This document shows, piece after piece, positions 1-11,959 of a stretch of 64,000 nt of DNA (the first letter of the stretch is position 1; each line of letters opens with the position of its first letter). The position numbers and the translations under genes are program-made. The notes beneath the pieces are model-generated. The model was given only the letters and a program-made list of their open reading frames with translations, searched no databases and had not been told where the DNA came from. Origin of the DNA: Dimorphilus gyrociliatus (Eukaryota > Animalia > Annelida); the NCBI GenBank assembly GCA_904063045.1, contig CAJFCJ010000026.1, positions 226,964 through 290,963 on the forward strand, written 5' to 3'.

Positions 1-130
1 AAATCGTGTTTCCATTCTTACCTCGTTCAAATTAAACAAGCCAAAGGAGAAGGTCGAATTGTAAAGTGTCTAGTTGTATTGACATTGAACTTACTCGTAG
101 CACTGTCACATTACGTTTATTTTAAATCAT

Positions 131-1231
131 TTAATAAACTCTATCAGGATTTTCTAGACGAGTCTTCTTGGCGTAGCCCAGCTCAGCTCCTCCAGACATT
201 ATTATGTCGATACCAGTACAAAAAGAACCCTCGGCAGCTAAATATAAGCAGGCCTCTCCAGATTCTTCGACAGTTCCAAATCGACCCAAGCATTGAGCTT
301 CAGCACCTGATTGTAGAGCAGCTTTTGCATCACCACTCATTTCGGCAGATGATTCCCATAAAGGAGTTAGAACATTACCGGGAGAAAATGTATTCACCCT
401 AACCCCATGTGCAGCCTCATCTATGGCTAAAGCTTTACTCATAGATGTAATTGCACCCTTCGTTGCACAGTAGGTTACAGCCCCACTCTGGCCTACAATT
501 TGAAACCTTAAATGTTTCGTTGGGTCAAAACTCGAATACTAACCCATGACTCCAACCAGACTGGACACATTAACAATACTGCCTTTCGTTTTCCGTAAAT
601 GAGGAAGAGCATATTTAGACACCAAGAAATAATTCACCACGTTCAAATTTAAAAGGTCACGAAATTCGTCAGCAGAAAAATTATCAATTGGCTTGTGAGG
701 AGGATCTGGAGGGCGTTAAAGGGAGTTTCTAGAAATGATAAGGATAAAAACTTAAACCTTACGAGTTCCAGCATTGTTTATAACACAATCTATCTGACCA
801 TATTTTTCAACAGTCTTTTTAATAAGGTTCTGAAATTATTAGAAAATGTTCACATTATATAATTCATTTAAAGAGAGGAAAACCTTTCACCTTTATATCA
901 TCCTCTTTTGTTACATCACACTTTATGTAATAAGCTTCGCCTGGTCCTTTAGCATTTAATTCTTTTTCCAGTGCCTCACCTGCATTATCTATAATGGCAG
1001 TATGTAGAAATGTGCCTGATAAGAATATTATATTTATACATCTGTTTTATCTTACCTCCTCTCGCACAAAATACAACTTTAGAACCATGTTTTACTGAAA
1101 AATAACTTTGATAATTAAATCTAAAATTTTTTTATTGCGTAGAACAGACCAAAAACTCGAACACACCCTTCTCCAATTCCCATAGATCCTCCTGTAACAA
1201 TAGTAACTTTTCCTTCGTATCTAAGGGTCAT
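131..1231 (-). CDS. HSD17B14: Short-chain dehydrogenase/reductase, 17-beta-hydroxysteroid dehydrogenase 14-like (6 exons)
   Basis: Manual splice from ATG 1231 gives MTLRYEGKVTIVTGGSMGIG (TGxxxGIG Rossmann motif), then INNAG, HPPHKPID, VNVSSLVG and YCATKG (YxxxK catalytic motif). The last exon includes ORF 131..442 with SGGAELGY, typical of HSD17B14. All introns are short GT-AG. Confidence 0.9.
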
Positions 1232-1509
1232 TTTCTTTCACTTTAACTTTACGTTTTGCTACTATATTCCACAATAGCGGCCTCTCGTCGAATTCATCAC
1301 GTGACATCATCATAATCAATTATTATTTTTTAAAGAAATAAAATGTAAAAATTTTCTTCGATATTAAATTTAAACTAATATAATTGTAAACTTATTAATA
1401 AGTTTTTAGTCGAGAAACATTCAAGACACTAAAAATATCTGCGGAGATGATAAATGGACGTGGCTAGCAGACTACACAAACGTTAAATTCTACTCTAATC
1501 TATTTAAAA
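1232..1509. promoter_or_regulatory. 278-bp bidirectional promoter between HSD17B14 and OSBP, with E-box ATCACGTGAC at 1296-1305
   Basis: Divergent ATGs lie at 1231 (-) and 1510 (+). The palindromic CACGTG core is read directly from the sequence. Function is inferred. Confidence 0.6.
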
Positions 1510-3843
1510 ATGACGAATAACTCGTCAAATGAACACGCAGGATACCTGCAAAAATGGACAAATTACATCAAAGGTTATCAGAAAAGATGGTTTGTTCTTA
1601 AAAATGGCTTACTCTCATATTATAGGTAAGATATCTATTTTTAAAAAAAATATTTGCTAATCTAAAATCTTTTTAGGAGCCCAGACGAAGTTGACCAGTC
1701 TTGTAGAGGTAAAATTAACTTGAAAACGGCAGAAATTCGAACAGATCAAGTGCCACTCAACTTTGCTGTATCAGGAGTTCTAACGTTTCATTTAAGAGCT
1801 TTGTCGGAAGTTGAGAGGCAAAGATGGGTAACTAAATTAGAATTGGAGAAAAGGAATGCTATAACTCTTGAGGACTCCGAAGATGAGGATTTAGAAATTA
1901 GTTCTAACAACAAAACAGATATGGAAGGAATTTTCAATATCGTAAAGACTTTAGAGCAAAAGATGTCCGACCTAGACACTCGGGAAAAAGTAACAAAAAA
2001 GCATGTAACATCTCTGCTAAGTTATATACACGAAATTGAAAAAGACTTAGAAAATAAGGACCAAGTTACAATTCTCTGCAAGGAAATAAACAATTCATCA
2101 ACGATTTTGAACGTTTCATTAGCTGCTGTAATAAAAACTTGTAATGAGCTCATAGACAATACCAAAGCTCATGATAAAAGATGGGAAAAGTTATTTAATT
2201 CAGAGCAGGAAAAACGTCAGACATTGGAGGTGATGCTAGAACAGCTCGCTCAACAACACAGAGAAATGGAAAAAAATACTTTTAGGGTTTTGAATGACTC
2301 TAACAGTTCACGTCAGAAAAATAAAAAGGATCCAAATGCATCGGACTCGGAAGATTCGGATAATGAATTTATGGATGCACTGGAGGAGCCACAATGGCCA
2401 GATGTAGTTGAAAAGAGTAAAAGTTCCGACTCTACTGTAAAACAGCATGTTAGAAATGGAAGCACTGATTCCGAAGGCTGGATGAAGAGAAGCATATCTC
2501 AAGTAAATAAGTCATCAAGAATTCGTCGATCAAGAATCCCAGATAGACCAAATTACAGTCTTAATTTATGGAGCATTATGAAAAACTGTATAGGAAAAGA
2601 ACTTACAAAAATTCCAATGCCTGTTAACTTTAGCGAGCCGCTGTCTTTCCTCCAACGTCTTACTGAGGATTTCGAATATTATGATTTATTAGATCATGCT
2701 GCTAACTGCAATGACAGCTGTGAACAAATGGCCTACGTAGCTGCCTTCACTATATCTTCTTACGCTAATACGTCAGGACATAGAACGGGTAAACCATTCA
2801 ACCCCCTCCTCGGAGAAACTTTTGAAGCAGATAGAAGAGAAGATTATGGATGGCTTTCGATTGCAGAACAAGTTTCACATCATCCTCCAAAGTGTGCCCA
2901 ATACGTAGAGGGCAGAGGATGGCGCTTTTGGCAAGAATTTACAATGTCATCCAAATTTAGGGGGAAATATTTACAGATTATACCCCTTGGAATAGCCCAT
3001 TTGGAATTTCCTGAAACCAAGAACCATTATACTTGGCGGAAAGTTACTACGACAGTTCACAACATTATAGTTGGTCGATTATGGGTGGATAATCACGGAG
3101 AAATGGATATAAAAAATCATACAACAGGGGATTTATGCCATTTAAAATATTCTGCTTATTCTTACTTCTCCAGGGAACCTCCTCGAAAAGTAACTGGTGT
3201 TATCAACGATGTTGCTGGCGAGACAAAATTTGTCTTACGTGGACTGTGGGATGATTATATTGAAGGAGCTAAGGTTCTGAATACCACGCAAAATCGAGAA
3301 AAAACTGTTTTCGAAACTGGCAAGCATAGAGTTTTATGGAGACGACAATTATACCCAGAATTGGAAAAATGCTATAATATGACAAAACTGGCCATTGAAT
3401 TTAATGAAATGGAGGAGAATATAGCTCCAACAGATTCAAGATATCGTCAAGATCAGCGAGCTATGGAAAATGCAGACTGGGATAAAGCAAACCAAATAAA
3501 AGTAAAACTGGAGGAAAAGCAAAGGGCAGCTAGAAGACAGAGAGAAGCTGCTGCAGCTGCAGCCCTTGCTGCAGGTGAGTTGAGAGATTTTTATCTTTAA
3601 ACATATTTTTTATTTTCAACTATGAAAATGTTACACTTTTTCTGCATGAAATATATATTCTCTTACCTTAATCTAGGTAAAGAACCAGAACAATGGAAGC
3701 CTCGCTGGTTTAAGCAACAAAATGATCCATACTCGGGTGGGGATATTTTCATGTTTACAAATGAATATTGGGACTGCAAAGAAAAAAAGGATTGGTCAAG
3801 ATGTCCAGATATCTACTTATCAGAAAAGGAAATGCAGATGTAG
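1510..3843 (+). CDS. OSBP: Oxysterol-binding protein (PH domain, FFAT-like motif, ORD); exons 1510-1625, 1677-3574, 3677-3843
   Basis: The PH domain starts [33 protein letters not shown]-like [12 protein letters not shown] is present, followed by [25 protein letters not shown], signature EQVSHHPP and C-terminal [21 protein letters not shown] junctions are in frame. Confidence 0.95.
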
Positions 3844-4253
3844 TCGTCGAAAAATGATTATAAACGCTAGTCATTGATCATGTTAACATTTAATATCATT
3901 AAATTTGTATGTTAGATTATTTGAAATTTGCATTCCAACACAACAAAATCCGAAAGGTATATATCAAAATATATTATGATATTCTCAAATGTATATCTAT
4001 TTACATATTCATATCTAAATGTTAATGTGTGTCGCCAGGTACTATTTTTCCTCTTAACTTGGATCGCATACATTTAAAGCATGTAACGATGAAATTATTA
4101 GTAATTAATATGTGGTGCTTCCCAACATAAAATTGCTCAATAAGTCAAATAAATTACGTTTAAGTAACATTTTGTGTTCTACGTGTATTGGAATACAAAT
4201 ACTTTTAAAATAAAAGAATAAAAATTACATATAAAAACAATAAACCTTTTATA

Positions 4254-4263
4254 ATCACGTGAC
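4254..4263. promoter_or_regulatory. E-box ATCACGTGAC about 90 bp upstream of the kinesin ATG
   Basis: Same 10-mer as at 1296-1305, again in a promoter-proximal position. Function is inferred. Confidence 0.4.
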
Positions 4264-4354
4264 TGAAAGCAGAGACATCTGGTGGTAGCAGACACTAATA
4301 TGTCGGCCTAGATTTGTTTAACTCGTGTCTTAACACAATTATTCCGTCCAAAAT

Positions 4355-7300
4355 ATGTCAACTCAAGAAGTAAAAGTAAAAGTTGTTGTTAGAGTAAGTA
4401 TGAATGATATCAGAGTCAAAAGAAATCTATCTTTGTGCTGATCGTTAGGCTCGTCCCTTGCTTCCGAAGGAAAAATTGGCTGGTGAACAATCCTGTCTGA
4501 AGATTGATTCACCAAATCGTATAGTTGTAGGAAGAAAAGAGAGTTACAATTTTGATCGAGTTTTTCTTCCAAGAGCCACTCAACAAGAAGTTTACGATTA
4601 TACCGTAAAACCTCTCCTAATAAAATGTCTTGAAGGCTATAATGTTACTGTATTTTCCTATGGCCCAACTGGCTCTGGAAAGACCTATACGATAGGTGGC
4701 TATTCTTCAACGCAAGGAGAGGATGAGCGAGGTTTAATTCCTCGAGTTGCTGAAGATATTTTTATCAAAATAAATGTAAATATGCAATTAATATTTAATC
4801 AATAAACATGTGAAAATCGAATACAGGAAATAAAAGGTCGTAAAATATCAATTAAAATATCATATCTCGAAATTTATAAAGAAGAATTACGCGACCTCCT
4901 CGATTCTTCAATGGTAAAAGATATACTAATTCAAGAAGATGACAAAGGATCAACTATCATTAAAAATAATAAAGAAGTTTCTTGTAAATCAGCAGCAGAG
5001 ATGGTAAACTTGCTTGAAGAGGGTGAACGCAATCGGCAAATAGGTGCTACTTCTTTGAACGAAATGAGCAGTCGATCTCATGCCATCTATATTGCTACTC
5101 TAAGTTAGCCGTTCTAAATTGCAAATATATACATACATTATATCGTTATGATTATTTTTCCTTAGCTCAAACATGGAGTAATCAGATTTTGAACGATGGA
5201 GATGAAAGTCGAATGGAGCATACATTAGAATCGAAATTTCATTTTGTCGATCTAGCCGGTTCAGAAGGACCTCGTAAAATGGAGCTCTCCGCTGAGAAAA
5301 TGAAAGGTTTTTTTTTATAATAGATAATAATTTTCTTGACTCTTATGAATTTTTTAGAATCCATCTTTATAAATAGTGGACTCTCTAGACTTAGTAAAGT
5401 CATCACGGCGTTAACAGATAAAAATTCGTCCCATGTCCCTTATAGGGATTCAAAGATTACACGCATTTTGAAAGATTCGCTCGGTGGAAAAGCTCAAACA
5501 GTTATGATTTGTTGCATTAACTCATCATCTAAAAACATGGATGAATCATTAAAAGCTTTGAACTATGCAGCCAGGGTAAAGTTTATGATTTTATCCCATC
5601 TCATACTTGATTTGTCTTTGTTGCTTTTGTAGGCTGCAAAAATAAAAAACAAACCTGTTATTAATAAAGATGCCCGAACAGTTAAGATTGAAGAAATGGA
5701 AAGTGAAATAAAGGTTTATTTGTTTAAGCAGAGACTGTAGACGTAATACTTTTTTTCTTAATTAGCTCTTGAAAGAAAAACTGTTCAAACAACAAACGTC
5801 GTTTACAGAGGCGTCTTCCGTTGACGATCAATACGTTTCAAAGTAAAATTCGGAAATTTTTTATCAAATTTATATAATACCTATTCGTCATTTAAAGGTT
5901 GGAGAGGGATGTTTCAAATTTAAGAGATATTTGTAAAAAAGCCTATCAAGCGATTACAACCTTTTCCAACGATCCATCATTTGACAATTCTTCAATTAAA
6001 TTGGCCCAGGAATGGCTTGAATCATACGAAGAAGTAAAATGTAAAGATTTTGATGACCCAATGGTTCATGATTTGAAGGCGGAAATCAACAGAGTACGTC
6101 TTTGAAATTAAATTTTCGATTTATCATTAAATTAATTTCTTTATAGCTTGAAAAAATTGTCAGAACTGATGAGAAACTCTTCGCTAATAAAGTTTCAGAA
6201 TTCGACGAATTAAATGAGCGTATTAAGCTTTTGGTAAGGATATATTAGCTATTATCTAAAAAATACAATGCTATATCAACAGGAGGTAGAAAACATGAAA
6301 CTGCTGAAAGAAAAAGAAAATATATCTTCTCAATTGCATGAACAAGTTTTAAGCAAACATCCTGTTGACCTTGTTGAATTTTTAGATAAAAATGCAAGCC
6401 AGAGCCAAGCTTTTTATAGGGCGCAATCCGTACCAGCACAAAGACTAGCGCAAGCAGGAGGAAACCGACGAGTAAATACAAGTCCTAACTTGCACACAAC
6501 AAGAATATTCGAAGGCTTCTGCGTTCGTAGTCAGATTTTGTTGAGTAGAGTCGAAGATGAGGATGATGTGAGACAGCCTGAATTTGATGAAGATGACAAT
6601 AATCCTCAGACGCCAATCAGCAGGTGGGAAGATACTTAAAAATTAATGAATTTTGAAATTCATTTTAAAATTTCAGCAATTTTGAACGTCACGGTCGCTC
6701 CCGAAGCACATTCAAAGTAACAAAGCCGAAGAACATTCGAAATGTTGCATCCAAAATACCAACTGCTATGAAAAGGGGCTCAGGAGATAATGAAGCCGAA
6801 AAAGAAATTAATAAAATTAAAATGTCATACGCAGAAAGAAAAAGGAGAATTAATGTTAGCGATAAGGAAGTTACTACATCAACTAAGTTATTGAAAGATA
6901 TTGCGACGGCTATTGAGTATGTCTCTTGTAGACGTTACATTTTGTATAATATACTAAATCTATTATCCACAGTTTAAAAAAGGATTTAATTAAATTCATG
7001 AAGGGGGCTCAAGAAGTTTCACGAAGTAGAAGAGATTTCGTTGAAATGAAACTCGAAGCCTTAGTCGAGGTTTTTTTAATTTCATTGAATTATTTTTTAT
7101 TTAAATGAGATTATCATTAGGAAAGAGATCAATTAATCTTTGATACTAAATTATACGAAAAAGAATTTAAAGAGCTAAACTTGGAAGAACAAGCATCGAA
7201 ACAATCTTCGTAAGAAATTATTTATTACCTAATTTTTTCTCCAATGAAAATATTAAAAATCAACTTTTTATAGAAAGAAAAATGACATCTTGGACAAAAT

Positions 7301-8982
7301 AAAGGGTCTCACTAAGAAACGTCAAGATTTTGATGATGCCCTAAAAATAGCTATTAATCGGAAAAATAAGTAAGTTGGAGCGATCATTAAACACAAAAAT
7401 ATCAACATTTATTAAAAGTTGTTGCAACATTTATTTAATTAATTCTGATCAGAATGGAAACACTAGAAAGTACGGTTCTTAAAATGACCTCGGAACAACA
7501 CAATTTAAAACAGCATGTCCAAAATGAAAGAGAAATAAGAAGAAAGATTATGGTACATTTTTCTAATTAAGAAAATTTAAAACACTAAATATAAAAACTA
7601 AATTAATTAGGATGAGCTTATGGCTGATGAAAAACGTTTAAAGGAATTAGAAAAAAAAGTAGGCAAGACCATCGAAGATCCCTTGGCGTAAGAATTTATT
7701 CAAATGATAACAATGAAAAAGTCAATAAATTAAACCTGATTTTTTTTTAAAGGAGAAACGGCAGAGTTTTGGAAAAAATGCATTGGTTAGACTTTTGCGC
7801 TCGTGAGGTTGTTGCTCAAAAGAAAAGAGAAGATGATTTACTTGCTGAAATAATCGATCGTGATAATATGATAGCCAAGAGAGAGAGTCTCTTGACTGAG
7901 AAAGGAGAATTAGAATTGAAAAAGATGCGTCATAAAGCCATTGATCAGGTTGTTTTGATAAATGTTGTCTTATTTTTACTTAACGGTTTACGTGATCCAA
8001 CTTATAGAATGGAATATTACTTCAAGAAAAAAAAGAACGGAGCTCATCATCTCCTGATGATTCAGAAAGGCAAATCTCTAATTAGCATAAATATACCTTA
8101 TTTAACTTATATTACTTTTATAGAATTGTAGACATTGATGATGCAATATCGGCGATTGACTCTACTTTAGCGTATAAAGATGAAATGATTGAAAATCATA
8201 AAGTAAAAATTAACAAATGGAAGTCAAACTGGGTAGAGTATTTTCTTCTAATTTTCTTGAATGTTTTTTTTTTATACAAGCTCTTTTTACAGTCCGAGAA
8301 AACTCTACAAAGTAGATTAGGCGATCTTAACATGGAAGAATCAAAATATTTGTTACGGTATTATTTTGAAAGAGTTATATTTTTATTACAAAAGCTAGAC
8401 TGGCTTCATAACAACAATGAACATATGAGCGTAAGTTTTTGTATTTTTATCTCTATATTGTAATAAACTAATGCTAAATCCAACATCAGATAAAGATTGA
8501 AGAGTTAGAAGAAGGGAAAATTTTGAAAGAAGGTCAACTTCAAGCTTTAATTATTGAAACAGAGAAGAAGCTAACAAAGATACAGAAAGATTATGAAATT
8601 GAAATTTCAGTAATATATAAATTGGTCTAATAACCTTTAATTATTTACATTTCCTATTTACATTATTTAACAGGTTTTAAAAAGGCAAATGAATAGTGAA
8701 TTGGAAAAAGCTATGAAATACGAGGAAAAGTAATATTCGAATTTCTTTGTTATGATTTAATTTTTTATTATTTTTATTAGATTAAAAAATGTTATGGGTG
8801 ATCTTTATTACTATAAACAACTAAGTCGGCAATATCGGAAGAAATATGGTGAAGTCAAGTTAACTGATAGTCTTGGAGAGGAACAAAAATCCGTTCGAGT
8901 ATCAAAAAAGAATGTGCGACAGCTGAATGACGCAGAAATTAAACTTCGCAGATCTTCAGCCAATTCGATTGACGATGTTTAG
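4355..8982 (+). CDS. KIF27: KIF27/KIF7-like kinesin (N-terminal motor plus long coiled coil), many short introns
   Basis: Spliced motor motifs: [61 protein letters not shown] and [19 protein letters not shown]. The C-terminal [15 protein letters not shown] resembles KIF7/27 tails. KIF27 versus KIF7 orthology is not resolved, and the internal coiled-coil exon boundaries were only partly traced. Confidence 0.8.
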
Positions 8983-10578
8983 TTTAATGAAAAAAGAGAT
9001 TTTTTTATACGAAGAATTATCTAAAAACTAGTCGTAACAAGTTTAAGATCTTGGCGAAGGGATTATTTTTCCAGTCGAATAGGGAAAATAAAGAGAAATA
9101 TGTTTTATTAATATTATTATTATCATTTTATTATTATTTTATAAAACAACTCTCACACCAAATTCGATAAAAATAACATAATTGAATAAAATTTACCAAA
9201 AAAATGTACAAGCATAAAGAAAACTTGTGACTGATCGTATATAAACAGCAGTCGTTCGATGATGTTGTATACGAATACAGATAAAGATACACCACAATAT
9301 GTTTATATTTTATCACCAGCTGACTTTGCTGGCGACGAACAAGGTAAACTTTATTTCTTTGTTAACGCGGCTAACGTCTCGTCACAAAAAAAATAGATTT
9401 GGAAAATAACGTAATTTAAGGGAAAAAATAAACGAAAAACTCGAAAACTTGCATTCAAAATCAGTCATTCGTGCGGCTCGTTCAAAACCATGCATACAAA
9501 TTGTTATGACTAGAACAGGATCGACTAGACCGTGGCGATATGGTGGAATGTTTGAGATATGTAAGTAGAAGCTGGCGCCTGAACAGTGTGAATATAGTGA
9601 ATCGTTGGCGTAGATCGGACCTGGAATGTTGTACGAAAACGGAAGAGTGTGGCGCTATCACAGAAAAAATCGTCATCAAGTGCCATATACGCCACGCACC
9701 ATTTGCATATATATACCCATATTTTAACTATACACAAAAGACAGTAGCCACATAGTTATGTAGAAGACATACATACATTCTAGCACAAATATACGCACTT
9801 ATTTGTGCGCGTATGTTTGTGCATATTTAGAACCACTGCTTCTGCTTCATTTTAAATAAAACATGACGTTCCTCTCTTTTGCATAAAAATGTTTCTTTCT
9901 CAGAAAAATACTGAACAAATTAACATTATCTTCTATGTGCAACGAGGACGGCGCTTGTAAATTTATTGCGAAGGGAATGATGAGGAAGAAGTGAGGAAGT
10001 GCTACTAAATACGTGTGAAATGACGGTTAATATTCTATTGTCGCCACTTTCCTCCCTCCTTGCCTCCCTGGTGCAAAAAGACCGCCAGAGGGAATGCATG
10101 CATAACGAACACGTACAAACCGATTCATTCCTCCATTTTCTCTTTCATTCATTCCATATCATTCCCTCTTTCACTCCATCAGTCTTTCATTTCATAACAT
10201 ACAGAAATTTCTATACTCGTATTCCGTAGAAACGATTGCATAATGCACTAAACAATAGTATGGTACATAAAATCGTTTTAAAATATTGTACATTGCTGAA
10301 AATAAAATGCCAACAATTCGATAAAACACTTGAATAGAATGATTGAAAAGAGACAGCCACCTCATTATAGCGTGTGCAACAATAAATAAAACAAACAAAA
10401 AAGACAATGTATATGTACAAGAATGGCGTATTTGTTTGTTAAAATTCATTTTGTTATAATTATGTGTGTATATATAGGTCAAAAGGTTATAATTGAGACA
10501 GTAGGCGACTAGTATCGCGTGGAATGGCTCGCTGAGCGAGTGGACGGATGGAAGAGAGAAAAAAAAAATAAAATAGTG

Positions 10579-11015
10579 TCAGGCGCTGGTGCTATGGTGT
10601 AACAAGTCGCCGCCCTCCGGAGACCGATCACGTTCTATTCCTCCTCCTGCTTCAACGACGGCGGCAGTACAAGGAGAACCGTGAGAATGATGCTGGGCAT
10701 GTGACGGTGGAGGTGCAGATGCTGTAGCAGCGTGTAAGTTCGAACTACCCGCGCTGCTTCGATAATTGTTGCCCAGACCGTCTTCCCACTTATCAAGTGA
10801 ACGCCTTCTAGCATTCATGAAAAAGTTGGCGACGGTTGTAACGCTGAGACCGAGTTGTTGAGCAATACTGGCTTGCATCTCCTTCGACGGCCGTTTTGTC
10901 TCCTTGAATACTGCATGTAGCGTCCTGCGTTGTACTTCATTGAAGACAAAACGAGGCTTTTTCGTCTGTTTCGTTGGCGGATTGCAGTGGGGCTCAATTT
11001 CTTTGCGGTTGCACG
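10579..11015 (-). CDS. onecut: Onecut terminal exon 2B (distal homeodomain exon; alternative in-frame acceptor at 11090)
   Basis: Acceptor tgtttacag|CG is phase 1. It encodes ACNRKEIEPHCNPPTKQTKKPRFVFNEVQRR...NFFMNARRRSLDKWED...STSA*. Exon 1 + 2B = 1569 nt (522 aa). Confidence 0.85.
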
Positions 11016-11885
11016 CTGTAAACACCAAGCACCAGTCATCATCTATGTCATCTAGAATATGTACAGCTTTGTTTTGTTTTTTGTTTTGTTCTGTTTGTAA
11101 AAAGAAAAAGAAAAGACCGTCAATTCTGGTGCACTGGGCCAGCACTATGGTGGTGCTGTTGCTGCTGCTCAGCAGCTTCGGCCGCTATTGTATCATTACA
11201 GGCCGCCTGCACCACGTCGTTGGCATCAGTGTACTTATCAAGGGACCGTCGTCTAGCATTCATAAAGAAATTGGCGACTGTCGATACTTTTAGACCGAGT
11301 TGTTCTGCAATTGTTGCCTGCATCTCTTTTGACGGTCGCTTTGTTTCCTTAAAGATTGCCATTAGTGTTCGCCTTTGAATATCGGTGAAGACTAAACGGG
11401 GTTTTTTCGGTCCCGGTATCTCGGCTTTTGGCATTTCACTGTCCTTGCGTTTGCAAGCTGTATTAGAAAAAAGGAGAAAACCAACGAGTTAGTGAAAAAT
11501 TGTCGATTTCGAATCTCCAACGATCGACAATAGTTGCAGGCAGCATGCACGAACGTGCGCGTGCGATAATGACGACACACGAGGGAATGGACCGTCACCA
11601 GAATTTTGTAGAGACCATGCCACAAACAACAAGCAACTTATAAATGGGTATATTCGGGCATCTATAAGGTAGATAAACTGAAAGAAAAATCACTAAGCGG
11701 TTAACAGTTGTTTTTGTTCACTATACGATCAAAACTACTACGCGACCGTGTACATAGGCCCAACGACGTGCACCATCATCATGAAGATTTAGAGTCATTG
11801 TAAGCACCATAAACCACCACCATAGTGGGCTAGCATGCATTATTTTTAGAATCTAATAATAATAAATATATATATATATATATAC

Positions 11886-11921
<36 letters not shown>

Positions 11922-11928
11922 GCATATT

Positions 11929-11959
<31 letters not shown>

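Noticed and set aside
79-402. 107-aa plus-strand ORF
   Set aside because: Antisense shadow of the HSD17B14 last exon, with a TTG start and no recognisable protein.
10579-11457. Duplicate Onecut homeodomain as an uncollapsed haplotype or a second Onecut gene
   Set aside because: About half of the conserved codons differ synonymously and the flanks are unrelated, which is too divergent for alleles. There is no CUT exon or promoter space between the copies.
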